Assembly: GCA_013239625.1 (NCBI GenBank)
Contig: MU053754.1
Location: 927,379-991,378 of the forward strand
Length of the DNA: 64,000 bases
Direction: 5' to 3'
DNA from: Lama guanicoe
Taxonomy: Eukaryota
Shown one piece after another: positions 27,312 to 39,328 of this stretch. A model generated the notes under the pieces. The model was given only the letters and a program-made list of their open reading frames with translations, was not told the DNA's origin and made no database searches. Position 1 is the stretch's first letter. The number at the start of each line of letters is the position of its first letter. Made by a program: the position numbers and the translations under genes.

Positions 27312-29064
27312 AGGGGAACCTTTTTATCTCTTCATGATTCATTGGTTCCTTCATTCATCATATAAACATTTCCCAAAAGCTTCTTTCCTTGGAGAAATAG
27401 CTGGAGGATTGTGTCACCAAATATGGGCAGCCCTGGACAACTCTTGTCCTGATACCAGAAGAGCTGGTGTAATTTGTGGAAATGGATGCTGCCTTAAGGC
27501 CTTCCCTTTCTCGGTACCTCAAAAAGTGTCCCTCTCCCACAGGACTCACCCATCTACAGAATTAACTGCAGGATACTAAAGGGCTTTTTCTTTTTAAAAT
27601 TCCCCCTGGGGTGATTCCACAGACAGTCTCAGTCTGGCTGCACTCCCTGCTGGTTGTCTGATGTGACGGTCTTCAGCGTGGGGTGAAGTCCATAGGACAG
27701 CCAACATGGATGTAGAAAGAAGGTACTAGGACTTCCATTCGTATTTATTTCTGCTGAAATAGTTAAGAGGGTGACTAAGTTGTACTGATTCCTAATAGTC
27801 GGCTTGGTACTGAGTCCTCGCTTGGTTGCGCAACAGATGGGCTGTGTCCTGCCCTGGGAACGTGACCTATCCTGAGGGCAAGTCAGCAGTTTGTGCAGCT
27901 TGGAGGAGCCCAGAGCCGGCTTTTACTTCCTTCCAAACTTACAGCCTCTGCTTAACATGTTAAGTACATTTGTAGCTTCTTTCATTCAGGTTCAACTAAT
28001 CTAGCCCCCACAGAATGGACTTCTAGCTTAAAATTTTCCAGTAAAGGAACAGTGGATTGGAAATATTTATGCCTGTCTCTAGTCCAAGAGAACAAGACAG
28101 GAGGACAGCTGACCGTTCTCCTGTCTGACCCTGGTGGAAGCATTTCATTAGCCGTACCATGGGGTCAACACAGTGAACACTGAGTGAGATCAGACATGCA
28201 ATCGCCTGCCGGATCTGAAATCACAAACTGCATTATTGAAGATGTGTATTTACACACACTGTTATTAGCCATGAACTTCCCTGGAGTATGTGTTACACCT
28301 GGAGATCATCGCTAATCATATGTTAAGACAGTACAATTAACAAAGTAATTAAAAGTCAGCCATCCCGGACGTTCTTAAAGCTAGTATATATTTTAATGTG
28401 AATAAAAGTGACTATGCATTATTTGTATGTAAAAATATGTGGAAAATATTTTTGCATTATAATTTGATGTTAATCTCATCCTTTCTCTAATCCGGTGTTG
28501 GTTTTACACTATCAATAGTATATAAGTACAATGAATGCAGGCAAATAATTTGCAAAGTAATAAACACCAACAAGTTGAAGATGAACGCTTACACATTTTT
28601 ACGAGTAGGTGTAAGTGAACAGAAAAATGTTTGGAGCCCCTGCCTGTGCTTGCTGGGAAAGGGGGTCTGGGAGACAGGCCGCACCGCCACCCTGGGCGTT
28701 TCAGGCACATTGTACTTTGTGATGTTACTACATTATGGTTCAGAGGAGGGCTCTTGTGTTCTTTGTAAGATGTACTTGGTAAAGTGTAACAAAGAAATTT
28801 CCATGAATGACTCAAAACAATTCTTAACATCCTGCACCAAGATTTTCCAAAATGCCCCAAAGACTTCCCTGTAATAACGCCGTATTTTGGACACGAGGCT
28901 ACTCCATATCTGACAGGGAAGCTAAAGGTAGCTGTATTCACTTGTGATATAAGGAATTCTTACATGCGTTTAATTCTTACCTGTATTAGGTATCTAAGAA
29001 TTTCACCCTGCTTGAGCAGGGAACGGATGCTCCTGGAACGCTTTATCACTCATGTGTCTGGCGG

Positions 29065-29320
29065 TTGAGGAAGACTGGTCATTGAGACAACAGAGGGGTC
29101 TGTCTGTGTGGCTGGGGCTTCCGCACAGGCTGGGCGCTGGGCTCCAGGAACAAGGTGAGAGAGACAGAGACAGACACAGAGACACAGAGAGAGCAAGGGC
29201 GTGTCCCCTTTTACGACCTAGATCTGAGACTCATTTTTTATGGTCACTTTCCCCCTCATTGTGTTCCTAAAACATGAGTCACTAAAGCTAGCCCATCTTC
29301 AAGGGGAGAACTGTGATTCT
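29065..29320 (-). mobile_element. MaLR (MLT1-type) LTR remnant
   Basis: Motifs gtggctggggcttcc and gagtcactaaagctagcccatcttcaagggga. Confidence 0.45.
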
Positions 29321-29662
29321 TCAAACTGCATCCACAGAAAACGGTTACGTCCTTTATGGTATTCAAGTCTGTGACATTCTAATTAGGACAAGATTTGCAT
29401 TGGCATGGAAAGTTCAACAAGGCCTATATTAATGGATGAGAAAGGCAGGTTGAAGAATAATGCATCTGGTTTGAACTTTGTATTAGAAAAGGAGATTTTG
29501 TTCTGTAAAATCATAGACGAAAAGATACAAGGATGCACGAGAATCCGTCAGCAGTGAGCAAGTCTGGGTAGCTGAGCGGCAGGGAGTAGGAGACGGGCAC
29601 TGTACACGTTTATGTGTGTGTCTGCCACCTGAACGTCTCCATCTGAGAACGTATCCAGCTGC

Positions 29663-30040
29663 TGTGGAAGGCAGATTAGCGCCTCCCCCGGCCCCTCGCA
29701 CGTGCCCACCTCCTAATGCCTGGAATCTGTGATGTGTTACACAGCAAGGGGGGCTGAAGGTTGCACCTGGAATTAAGGTTGCTGATCAGTCGCCTTGACA
29801 ACGGGCAAGGCACCCTGGACCACCTGGATGGGCCCAGCGTCATGCCAGGACCCGTAAAAGTGGACGAGGAAGTCTAATTCAGGGTGTGAGAAGGACGCCC
29901 CCTCCCATGCCTGGCTTTGGACAGGCAGGAAGGAGCATCCAGCCAACGAAGGCGGGAGCCACTCAGAGATGGAAAAGGCCGGAAAACAGGTCCCCCGGAG
30001 CTAGCCCCACGCCTCAGTTTTCCAGGTCTCTCCAGGCAAG
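29663..30040 (+). mobile_element. MaLR LTR (MLT1D-like)
   Basis: tgtggaaggcaga...cctggaatctgtga...ggaattaaggttgctgatcag...ggatgggccca; matches recalled MLT1D layout. Confidence 0.75.
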
Positions 30041-32734
30041 GACGTTGGCTGTTCCTGAGTGGAGTTCACGGTGTGTCAAGCACCAGATGCTCTGCAGCAG
30101 TTAAACACAGGGAGAGAGAGGAGTAACTCGAGTTTTCTTCTTCCGAGCCATTTGTTGCACAGAAGAATCTAGAAAACCACGCGATGGTGGAGAACACTGA
30201 TTTTTAAGCAGGTTAAGAAGCAGCCTGTACACATTTCTGACAGAATGATAAAGGGCAGACGCCAATGATGACACACAGACTCTGGCTTCCTCAAGAAAGT
30301 GTGGCTTGGAGAGTCATTCCTGGATGGGACTCCAGGCCCCATCTGAAGACTTTTCGCGGGTGGCCGAGGGCGTCGCTGCTGTGTGGCTTGCAGGCAGCCC
30401 CGTTGTCTGCGTTGCCCAGTGGGCTAGAGCTTCCGACTGAATTGCTGCGTCTTTGCAGGCAGATACCCCACCTACGTTTCCCACCGCCGCCCCAGTGACG
30501 GCCCATTACTGAGCAGGGTGGTCAGCGCCCCCAGCCCGCCCCGTTCAGGCATCCTGAGGTTGACAAAGCCTTGCCGTGGACGCAGATTAAACGCTCCCCT
30601 TTTATGCTAGGATTGACTGGAAGGCCCCCTCCCAGCCCTGGAGCCCAGCTTTTGTTTCTGGGACTAAAGCTTCCATGCCTTTGGATTCTGGACAGACATC
30701 AAGAGAACAGCCTCCAGCCGAGTCGCAAATGTCCCGTGGGGGGCGATGTGAACAGACAACAAGAACACAGCAGAAAGCAGCCCGCAGGGCGTGACTTCTC
30801 GGGGCAGTAAAAATAAAATAAAATTTAAAAAATCATGCCAAAGACTCATCTCTTGAAGGCTTTCCGGAGACTTCACGGAGCTCGCCATCCAACTCGAGAA
30901 AGTACACGTCCCAGGCCCTGGGTCGTGCCGTCTGCTGTACATGCGATCTGGTTCCAGCTGAGCTCCTGTCACATAGCGGGGCTGCATTTGGCCGCCGGCA
31001 CTGCCAAGTCCGCTGGCAGGATGGAGGTTCTGCTCCCCGGGCAACTCCCACCCCCGGTGTTTTCTTTTGCATTTTACAGGTGCTAGCTTGTCAGCAACTT
31101 GCTAAATGCCGATGGTTTGGCTTCCTTGAGGAAGCGGCATTTGCTCCAATGACAGTTCAGCACCTGTAAAGGCTGGGGATGAAGGTCCCCGGGAATCTGG
31201 TCCACGCTGTGGTGGAGCCCTGACGCCCGCGCTCGGACCACAGCTGCAGGGCCCATCTGTGCCTTTCCGGCCGCGCGGACAGAATTTGGCCTGGGCTTCA
31301 GCCTGGAACACTCTGGGAGCCTCTGGGAGATGCCAGGGGACAGGGTGATAGATGGTGCGGCCCGGAGAGGAGTGACAGCTCGTCTGCACCCCACCCCATG
31401 CCTGGAACCGAGTCACACCCTGGCATGTCAGAGGAAGAAAGTCTTCAAAGTGAATCTGATGCTAACAAGAGCATGGAAATGCTTCGCATCACTGGTTGTG
31501 CAGATTCGGGAGCATCTTTTAGCAACTGTTCCCTCTTGCATGATCGCTCTGTGAACGGAGGACTGGTACAACCTTTCGTTACAAAATCTTAAACCATCTC
31601 ACGGAGTTATTTTGGAGAAAATCGTAATTATCCTCATGTGGACAAAAAGTAATATTGGGTCTTCCCTTTACTGCTTAGTCATTAAATGTGTTTTAAGTTA
31701 AGGAAAATAATTACCTCATGATATTTATGTTTAATCTTTGATACAGTTTATCAAATAATCACTTACATACAAATAATGTTTAAAACACATTGAAAAATAT
31801 AGGGAAACATCTGCCCCTATAAATGCATCTTCCCCTTGTGGACATAGAGTGCTGAGAAATGTGAGACCGGGCCAAAAGTACAGAACTCACCATTTGTACC
31901 ATATTCCAAACCATCCGGAACTTCCCTTCTCATCAAAGCTGCAAAAAGTAGCTGCTTTTTCTTTCTCTTAAAACCTCTGGCCAGACTTCCACATCTGCCG
32001 TCTGACTGGCAAAGAGTTGCCAACGCCAGCGTGAATCTCTGCGGACGTAACTGGTGACTGTATAAATGGAGCGCTTTTATTCGAGTCGTCTACCACGTCC
32101 TCCGAAGTGTGTCCCCCGAAGTTTCCCACACTCACTCAGAACCGAAATGGAACGCTGATTTTCTGTGTAAATAATAAAACAGTTACACACTCTCCCCTGC
32201 TATCTGGATAAGGCAGGGAGGAGAGAAAAAAGGAACAGATTTTGTGAAAGAACTTCAAGGTTATCCATATTCTGTAGTCTGCACACCAGTCGCCAAACGC
32301 AGGTCAAACTGCGAGACAGTTACATCTCGGGCATCTTGCAGGAGACTTCCGTTCTGTGCTGAGACTGTGGGCCACCCCGGAAGTCAGGGCTCTCTGGCTG
32401 GCTGCATGGTACAGTCAGTCGGAAGCTGGAAGGACATCCCTCGGAACTGGTCGTGTGTAGCTCAAAAAACAAAACAAACAAAATATACAGATACCCCCCT
32501 ACATATCAAGCCACATCTGTATGTACAAAGATGTATTTAGTATCATACACATTTAGTATCCTGAAGTATTCACACACATCTGTGTAATAGGTTATACATA
32601 CATACATAGTATTTAACAAACACGTAATACATAGGATTCATAAACGTGTATCAATTATGTGTACATATGTAAACTGCTTATTTACAGACTAGATGGCACC
32701 TTTTGTAACTTGAGTTTGTGGAACACAGGCTGGC

Positions 32735-32950
32735 AGGCAGGAGAGTTTGGTGGTTAATGGCAAGGATGCTGTGCTGACATCCGTGGCCTGGGTTTGCTTT
32801 CAGATTCTGGACATCGCTAGGCACCTGCTCTGGGCAGTTGACTTAAGCAATTTGTCTCGTACTTCTCAGCTTGAAGATGCTGCCAGCCCCGCGGGATGGT
32901 GGTAGAAATGAGTGAGTCCATGGAGGTAGCACACTCACAAGTGCTTCGCA
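32735..32950 (+). mobile_element. MIR
   Basis: ggtggttaatggcaagg...ctctgggcagttgacttaa... degenerate MIR head and core. Confidence 0.5.
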
Positions 32951-34264
32951 GTGATTCAGCCTTCCAGATGTTAGCTGCGGGGTTAACTCTTTCAACTGTT
33001 TCCCTAGTGAAATACAGAGAGGTGGGGGTGGGGGTGTTACAGTCGACCCAGCACGGTACCACACAGGTCCACCTGACGGAGAGATGAGGGCTGGTTTCCA
33101 TTATTCATCATGAACCGAACCGCATGGGATGGGCTGTTGTCTGAGATGAGGGGGGAGATACGTGGGGTGACAGCGTCAGTCACAGTTTTGGATCGCGCAC
33201 ACTCGGGCTGGAAGCATCCCGACTGCTCGGCTCTAACGGGCTGTCCTGGACTGCATTTAAATCACTATAAGCTGTCTCTCTGAACACTCTTTCACAGCAG
33301 TCAGGAAAGAGACGTCATTTCTGCTAACACACACACAAGAATGTCCACAAGTCTGTTTGACTAACCCCATGTTTTATCAGTGTTTCCCACAGTAAACTCT
33401 CAGTTGCACCCAAAAGGCTGAACGAGAGGCGTCTGTCTGTAGGACGGGCCACCCCCGTCCCCACCTGCTGTATTTGCCTGCACACTCAGGTCTGCACGAG
33501 GTGGGGGGGGGCGAAAGCTGCAGTCGCTCTGGCTCAGTCAGAATGTGATGCTTCCGCAGGACTTCTGCCTCTTCAGTTCTGCAAGCAGGATGTTCACAAC
33601 ATTTATCATCCAGAACCTCCTCACGGTCTGGAGGTTCTCAGCGTGGGCACGTATTAGAATTACGCAGGGACCCTTTAAACAGCCCTGATGTCCACACTTC
33701 ACTCCAGACCTAAAGGGACCAGAAAACAGTGGTAAAGACTCCCCCGGGGCTCTGACTGCAGCTAGTTTAGGAAGCATCCGAGCCAGGGTGAGGATCGCGC
33801 TAATAACTGGAGCTGATTGTTCAAAATGCGTCTTTAAGGGGTACGTCAGCCTGAAACGCGAATCTGTTTCCTACTTTGGACAGTGTCTAACTTTCTAAGC
33901 AGTAATGAATTTCCATCTTCCTTTTTTTCCCTCTGTAAAAGCCACTTCTAGACCATAAATATGCATCTGAATTCCTCTCAGTCTGTGCAATGGCTTTTCA
34001 AATCTGTGGGTTTTACTTAACACAGAAATTTAGTTTCACTGGACAAGACAGACTTTTCTAGACAGACATGTTAGGTCTGCACCTTTAGGAAAACAGTCCA
34101 TTGCCTGAAATTCAAGACAGGATCAAAGGCATATTGAGTTGATCATTTCAATAGCATGGAACTTAAAATCAGCATAGAACAAGTGGCATTCCATTGCAAA
34201 CATATAAATGCTTCCTGAAAACGAATTTCTTCAAGTAATTATCTTTTAGACAGTCTTTTGCTTA

Positions 34265-34462
34265 AAACACAATGGCATGTAGACATGTAATAAAACCACA
34301 TAGAACTAAACACACACATATGTATGCGTGTGAATCCAGGGAAATCTGAATCAGCTATGTGGACGGTGTCAGTGTCACTTTCTGGGTTGTGACGTTGTAG
34401 CTTTGGACATGTTACCAGTGGGGGGAACTGGATGGAGTTGTAGGGTAACAATCTATTACTCC
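34265..34462 (+). mobile_element. Old L1MC-like 3' end; resumes at 36111-36140 after an L1 insertion
   Basis: gggaaatctgaatc...atgttaccagtgggggaactgg, continuing as tattatttcttacaattgcatatg. Confidence 0.7.
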
Positions 34463-36110
34463 TTTTTATTAATTGAAGTATAATTGACTTAAAATGTGTT
34501 CATTTCAGATGTGCAGTAAAGTGATTCAGTTAGTAATAGATGCATGTGTTTTTAGATTCTTTTCCATTGCAGGTTAATACAAGATACTGTGTGTAAATCC
34601 GTATTGTTTATCTGTTTTGTATGTAGTGGTGCATATCTGCAAATCCTGTAGTCCCAATTTGTCCCTCCCCCATTTTCTTTCCTCATTGGTAACCGTAAGT
34701 TTGTTTTGCCGGTAAGTCTGTTTCTGCTTTGTAAGTAAGTTCATTTGTGTCTTTTTTTTAGACTCCACATAGAAGTGATATCATATGATATTTTTCTTTC
34801 TCTGTCAGACTTACTTCACTTAGTGTGATCATCTCTAGATCTAAGTTGCTGCAAATGACCACACTTCATTCTTTTTATGGCTGAGTAATAGTCCGTTGTG
34901 TAAATACACCACATCTTCTTTATCCAGTCATCTGTCAGTGGACATTTACGTTGCTTCCACGTCTTGGCTACTGTAAATAGTGCTGTAGGAACACTGGGGT
35001 ACAGTTATCTTTTTGAATTAGAGTTTTCATATTTTCCAGATATATGCCCAGGAGTGGGATTGCTGGATCATATTGTAAGTCTACTTTTAGTTTTTCAAGG
35101 AACCTCCATCCTGTTCTTCATAATGGCTGCACCAAACTACAGCCCCACCAACAGTGTAGAAGGGTTCCCTTTTCTCCACAGCCTCTCCAGCATTTGTCAT
35201 TTGTGGACTTTTGAGTGATGGCCATTCTGACTGGTATGAGGTGATATCTACTTGTAGTTTTGAATTGCTTTTCTCTGATAATTAGTGATACTGAGCATAT
35301 CTTCTCATGTGCCTATTGGCCATGTGCATGTCATGTTTGGAGAAATATCTTTAGGCCTTCTGACCATTTTTACATAGGGTTGTTTTTTTTGATATTAAAC
35401 TGTGTGAGCCATTAGTATATTTTAGATATTAACCCCTTGTCAGTCCCATCATTTGCAAATACTTTCTCCCAGTCTGTAGATTGTGTTGTTTATGGTTTCT
35501 TTTGCTGTGCAAAAGCTTTTAAGATAGATTAAGCCCTGTTTGTTTATGTTTGCATTTATTTTTTGTGCCTTGGGAGACTGATCTAAGAAAATGTTGCTAT
35601 GATTTATGTCTGAGAATGCTTTGCCTATGTTCTCTTGTAGAAATTTTATGATGTCATGTCTTAAACTCAGAATGGTATAAAGACCTAATTTATTTGTGTG
35701 TATGGTGTGAAGGAGTGCTCTGACTTCACTGATTTACATGCAATTGTCCAACTTTCCCAGCAGCACCTGCTGAAGAGACTGTCTTTTCCCCATTGTGCAT
35801 TCCTGCCTCCGTTGTTGCACATTAATTGGCCATGGGCATGTGGGTTTATTTCTGGTCTCTCTATTTGGTTCTGTTGATCCATGTCTGTCCTTGTGCGAAC
35901 ACCATGGTGTTTTTATTACTGTAGCTCTGTAGTACTGTCTGAAGTCTGGGAGAAGGGTATCTTTCTGGAGCTTTGGTGGTAAAGAGATCTGCCAGTTTCC
36001 GGGTGGTTTTCTATGAGAACAGTTCCACATATAGATGTATTTTTGATGTGTCTGTGGGATGCGGTGGACCCCGCATCCTCTTGCTCCACCATCTTCATCC
36101 TCCTCCTCCC
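34463..36110 (-). mobile_element. Internally deleted L1: ~150 bp 5' terminus joined to the last ~1.5 kb
   Basis: Minus strand starts GGGAGGAGGAGGATGAAGATGGTGGAG...ACATCAAAAATACATCTA...GAAACTGGCAG and runs straight into ORF2 [14 protein letters not shown]; degenerate TSD ctattactcctt / ttattatttctt. Confidence 0.85.
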
Positions 36111-36381
36111 TTTATTATTTCTTACAATTGCATATGGCTTCTTTAAGATCAGCAGACCATGAAACCAAATGCACATGGTGAGGCTGGACAGCACGCTTCC
36201 TCAGCCCCTGATTCTCCCTCAGGTCCACACGTCGCAGGCATCTTCCTGGCAAGTCTTCAGTGATCGCGTCCTGATGTCACGGTCTCTCCCCACTTCCTTA
36301 CCTCCTCACTCTTTCTCTGCCCTATTCTCCACATCTTATAAATGCCCTCTCAGTGCCTCTGCTTACTTTTCACACTTACCG

Positions 36382-39014
36382 TTTTTTTTTTAACATTTTT
36401 TATTGATTTATAGTCATTTTACAATGTGTCAAATTCCAGTGTAGAGCACAATTTTTGTTATACATGAACATATATATATTCATTTTCACATTTTTTTCTC
36501 TGTGAGCTACCGTAAGATCTTGTATATATTTCCCTGTGCTATACAGTAGAATCTTGCTTATCTATTCTACGATTTTGAAATCTCAGTCTCTCTCCCCACC
36601 CTCTGCCCCCTTGGCGACCACAAGTTTGTGTTCTGTGTCTGTAAGTCTATTTTCTTTCTCTTTCTGGCTTACTTCATTTAGAATGACATTCTCCAGGAGC
36701 ATCCCTGTTGCTGCATATGGCATTATGTTGTCGGTTTTTATGGCTGAGTAGTATTCCATTGTATAAATATACCACCTCTTCTTTATCCAGTCATCTGTCG
36801 ATGGACATTTAAGCTGTTTCCATGTCTTGGCTATTATAAATAGTGCTGCTATGAACCTTGGGGTGCAGGTGTCTTTTTGAAGTAGGGTTCCTTCTGGATA
36901 TGTGCCCAGGAGTGGGATTCCTGGGTCATACAGTAAGTCTATTCCTAGTCTTTTGAGGAATCTCCATACTGTTTTCCACAGTGGCTGCACCAGACTGCAT
37001 TCCCACCAGCAGTGTAGGGGGGGTTCCCTTTTCTCCACAGCCTCTCCAGTATTTGTCATTTGTGGATTTTTGAATGATGGCCACTCTGGCTGGCATGAGG
37101 TGATACCTCATTATAGTGTTGATTTGCATTTCTCTGATAATTAGTGATATTGAGCATTTTTTCATGTGCCCATTGATCATTTGTATGTCTTCCTTGGAGA
37201 ATTGCTTGTTTAGGTCTTCTGCCCATTTTTGGATTGGATTGTTTGTTTTTTTCTTATTAAGTCATATGAGCTGCTTATATATTCTGGAGATAGGGCCTTT
37301 GTCGGTTTCATTTGCAAAAATTGTCTCCCATTCCGTAGGTTGTCTTTTTGTTTTACTTCTGGTTTCCTTTGCTGTGCAGAAGCTTGTAAGTTTCATTAGG
37401 TCCCATTTGTTTATTCTTGCTTTTATTTCTATTGCTTGAGTAGACTGTTCTAGGAGAACATTTTTGAGATGTATGTCAGATAATGTTTTGCCTATATTTT
37501 CCTCTAGGAGGTTTATTGTATCTTGTCTTATGTTTAAGTCTTTGATCCATTTTGAGTTGATTTTTGTGTATGGTGTAAGGGAGTGTTCTAGCTTCATTGC
37601 TTTACATGCTGCTGTCCAGTTTTCCCAACACCATTTGCTGAAGAGACTGTCTTTATTCCACTGTATATTCTTGCCTCCTTTGTCGAAGATGAGTTGACCA
37701 AAAGTTTGTGGGTTCATTTCTATGCTCTCTGTTCTGTTCCATAGGTCTATATGTCTGTTTTTGTACCAATACCATGCTGTCTTGATGACTGTAGCTCTAT
37801 AGTATTGTCTGAAGTCTGGGAAAGTTACTTCTCCAGCCTCTTTCTTTCTCTTCAGTAATGCTTTGGCAATTCTAGGTCTTTGATGGTTCCATATAAATTT
37901 TATTATGATTTGTTCTAGTTCTGTGAAATATGTCCTGGGTAATTGGATAGGGATTGCATTAAATCTGTAGATTGCCTTGGGCAGTGTGACCATTTTAACA
38001 ATATTGATTCTTCCAATCCAAGAGCATGGAATATCTTTCCATTTTTTAAAGTCTTCTTTAATTTCCTTCATCAATGGTTTATAGTTTTCTGTGTATAATT
38101 CTTTCACCTCCTTGGTTAGATTTATTCCCAGATATTTTATTACTTTGGGTGCTATTTTAAAGGGGATTGTTTCTTTACTTTCTTTTTCTGTTGATTTATC
38201 GTTAGTGTAAAGAAATGCAACTGATTTTTGAACATTAATTTTGTAACCTGCTACCTTGCTGAATTCTTCGATCAGCTCTAGTAGCTTTTGTGTGGACCTT
38301 TTAGGGTTTTCTATATATAGTAACATGTCGTCAGCATATAATGACACTTTTACCTCTTCTTTTCCAATTTGGATCCCTTTTATTTCTTTCTCTTGCCTGA
38401 TTGCTGTGGCTAGGACTTCCAGGACTATGTTGAATAGGAGTGGTGATAGTGGGCATCCTTGTCTTGTCCCAGATTTTAGTGGGAAGCTTTTGAGTTTTTC
38501 ACCGTTGAGAACTATGCTGGCTGTAGGTTTGTCATATATAGCTTTTATTATGTTGAGATATGTTCCCTCTATACCCACTTTGGCGAGAGTTTTTATCATA
38601 AATGGGTGTTGAATTTTATCAAATGCTTTTTCTGCATCGATTGAGATGATCATGTGGTTTTTGTCCTTTCTCTTGTTGATGTGATGTATTACATTGATTG
38701 ATTTGCGTATGTTGAACCAGCCTTGTGTCCCTGGGATGAACCCCACTTGGTCATGATGTATAATCTTTTTTATGTGTTGTTGGATTCTATTTGCTAAAAT
38801 TTTGGTGAGGATTTTGGCGTCTATGTTCATCAGTGATATTGGCCTATAATTCTCTTTTTTTGTAGTGTCTTTGCCTGGTTTTGGTATCAGGGTGATGGTG
38901 GCTTCATAGAATGAGTTTGGGAGTATTCCCTCCTTTTCAATCGTCTGGAAGAGTTTGAGAAGGACTGGTATGAGTTCTTCTTTGTATGTTTGGTAGAATT
39001 CCCCGGTGAAGCCA
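36382..39014 (-). mobile_element. Young 5'-truncated L1, 2.6 kb
   Basis: Poly-T left end, 3' UTR and a long ORF2 frame. Confidence 0.98.
37262..39012 (-). pseudogene. L1 ORF2 reverse transcriptase fragment (no endonuclease domain, premature stop)
   Basis: Open frame from [15 protein letters not shown] through [21 protein letters not shown] and SLYADDM to TGA at 37262; C-terminal part continues in broken frames. Confidence 0.95.
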
Positions 39015-39270
39015 CCATTGATGTCTTAATTGTAAATGTTGTCATTCTTAGCCTTTGCCTTGCCAAGTTCCTCCTACTTTGTTGTCCGTAGATCAGAGCC
39101 TTTCACTCTTAGAGACCCTAGATGAGCTGTTCACTTTCCTCATCTTATTGTAAAGTACGTTCCGTGACCCCCAGGGATTGATGACAGAAAGTACTGGTGC
39201 AAATGTAATTAATTCCTATTAGTTGCAGTAAATTATTTAGGGATAACCCCCCAGTTATCTGACATTTTTA

Positions 39271-39271
<1 letters not shown>

Positions 39272-39310
<39 letters not shown>

Positions 39311-39328
39311 CTCTCTCTCTCTCTCTCT
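39272..39328. repeat. Compound microsatellite (CA)n(CT)n
   Basis: Uninterrupted CA run followed directly by a CT run. Confidence 0.97.

Noticed and set aside
37262..38830. 522 aa reverse transcriptase ORF as a novel RT system or domesticated gene
   Set aside because: It is ordinary L1 ORF2 inside a 5'-truncated element with 3' UTR and poly-A, no endonuclease and a premature stop.
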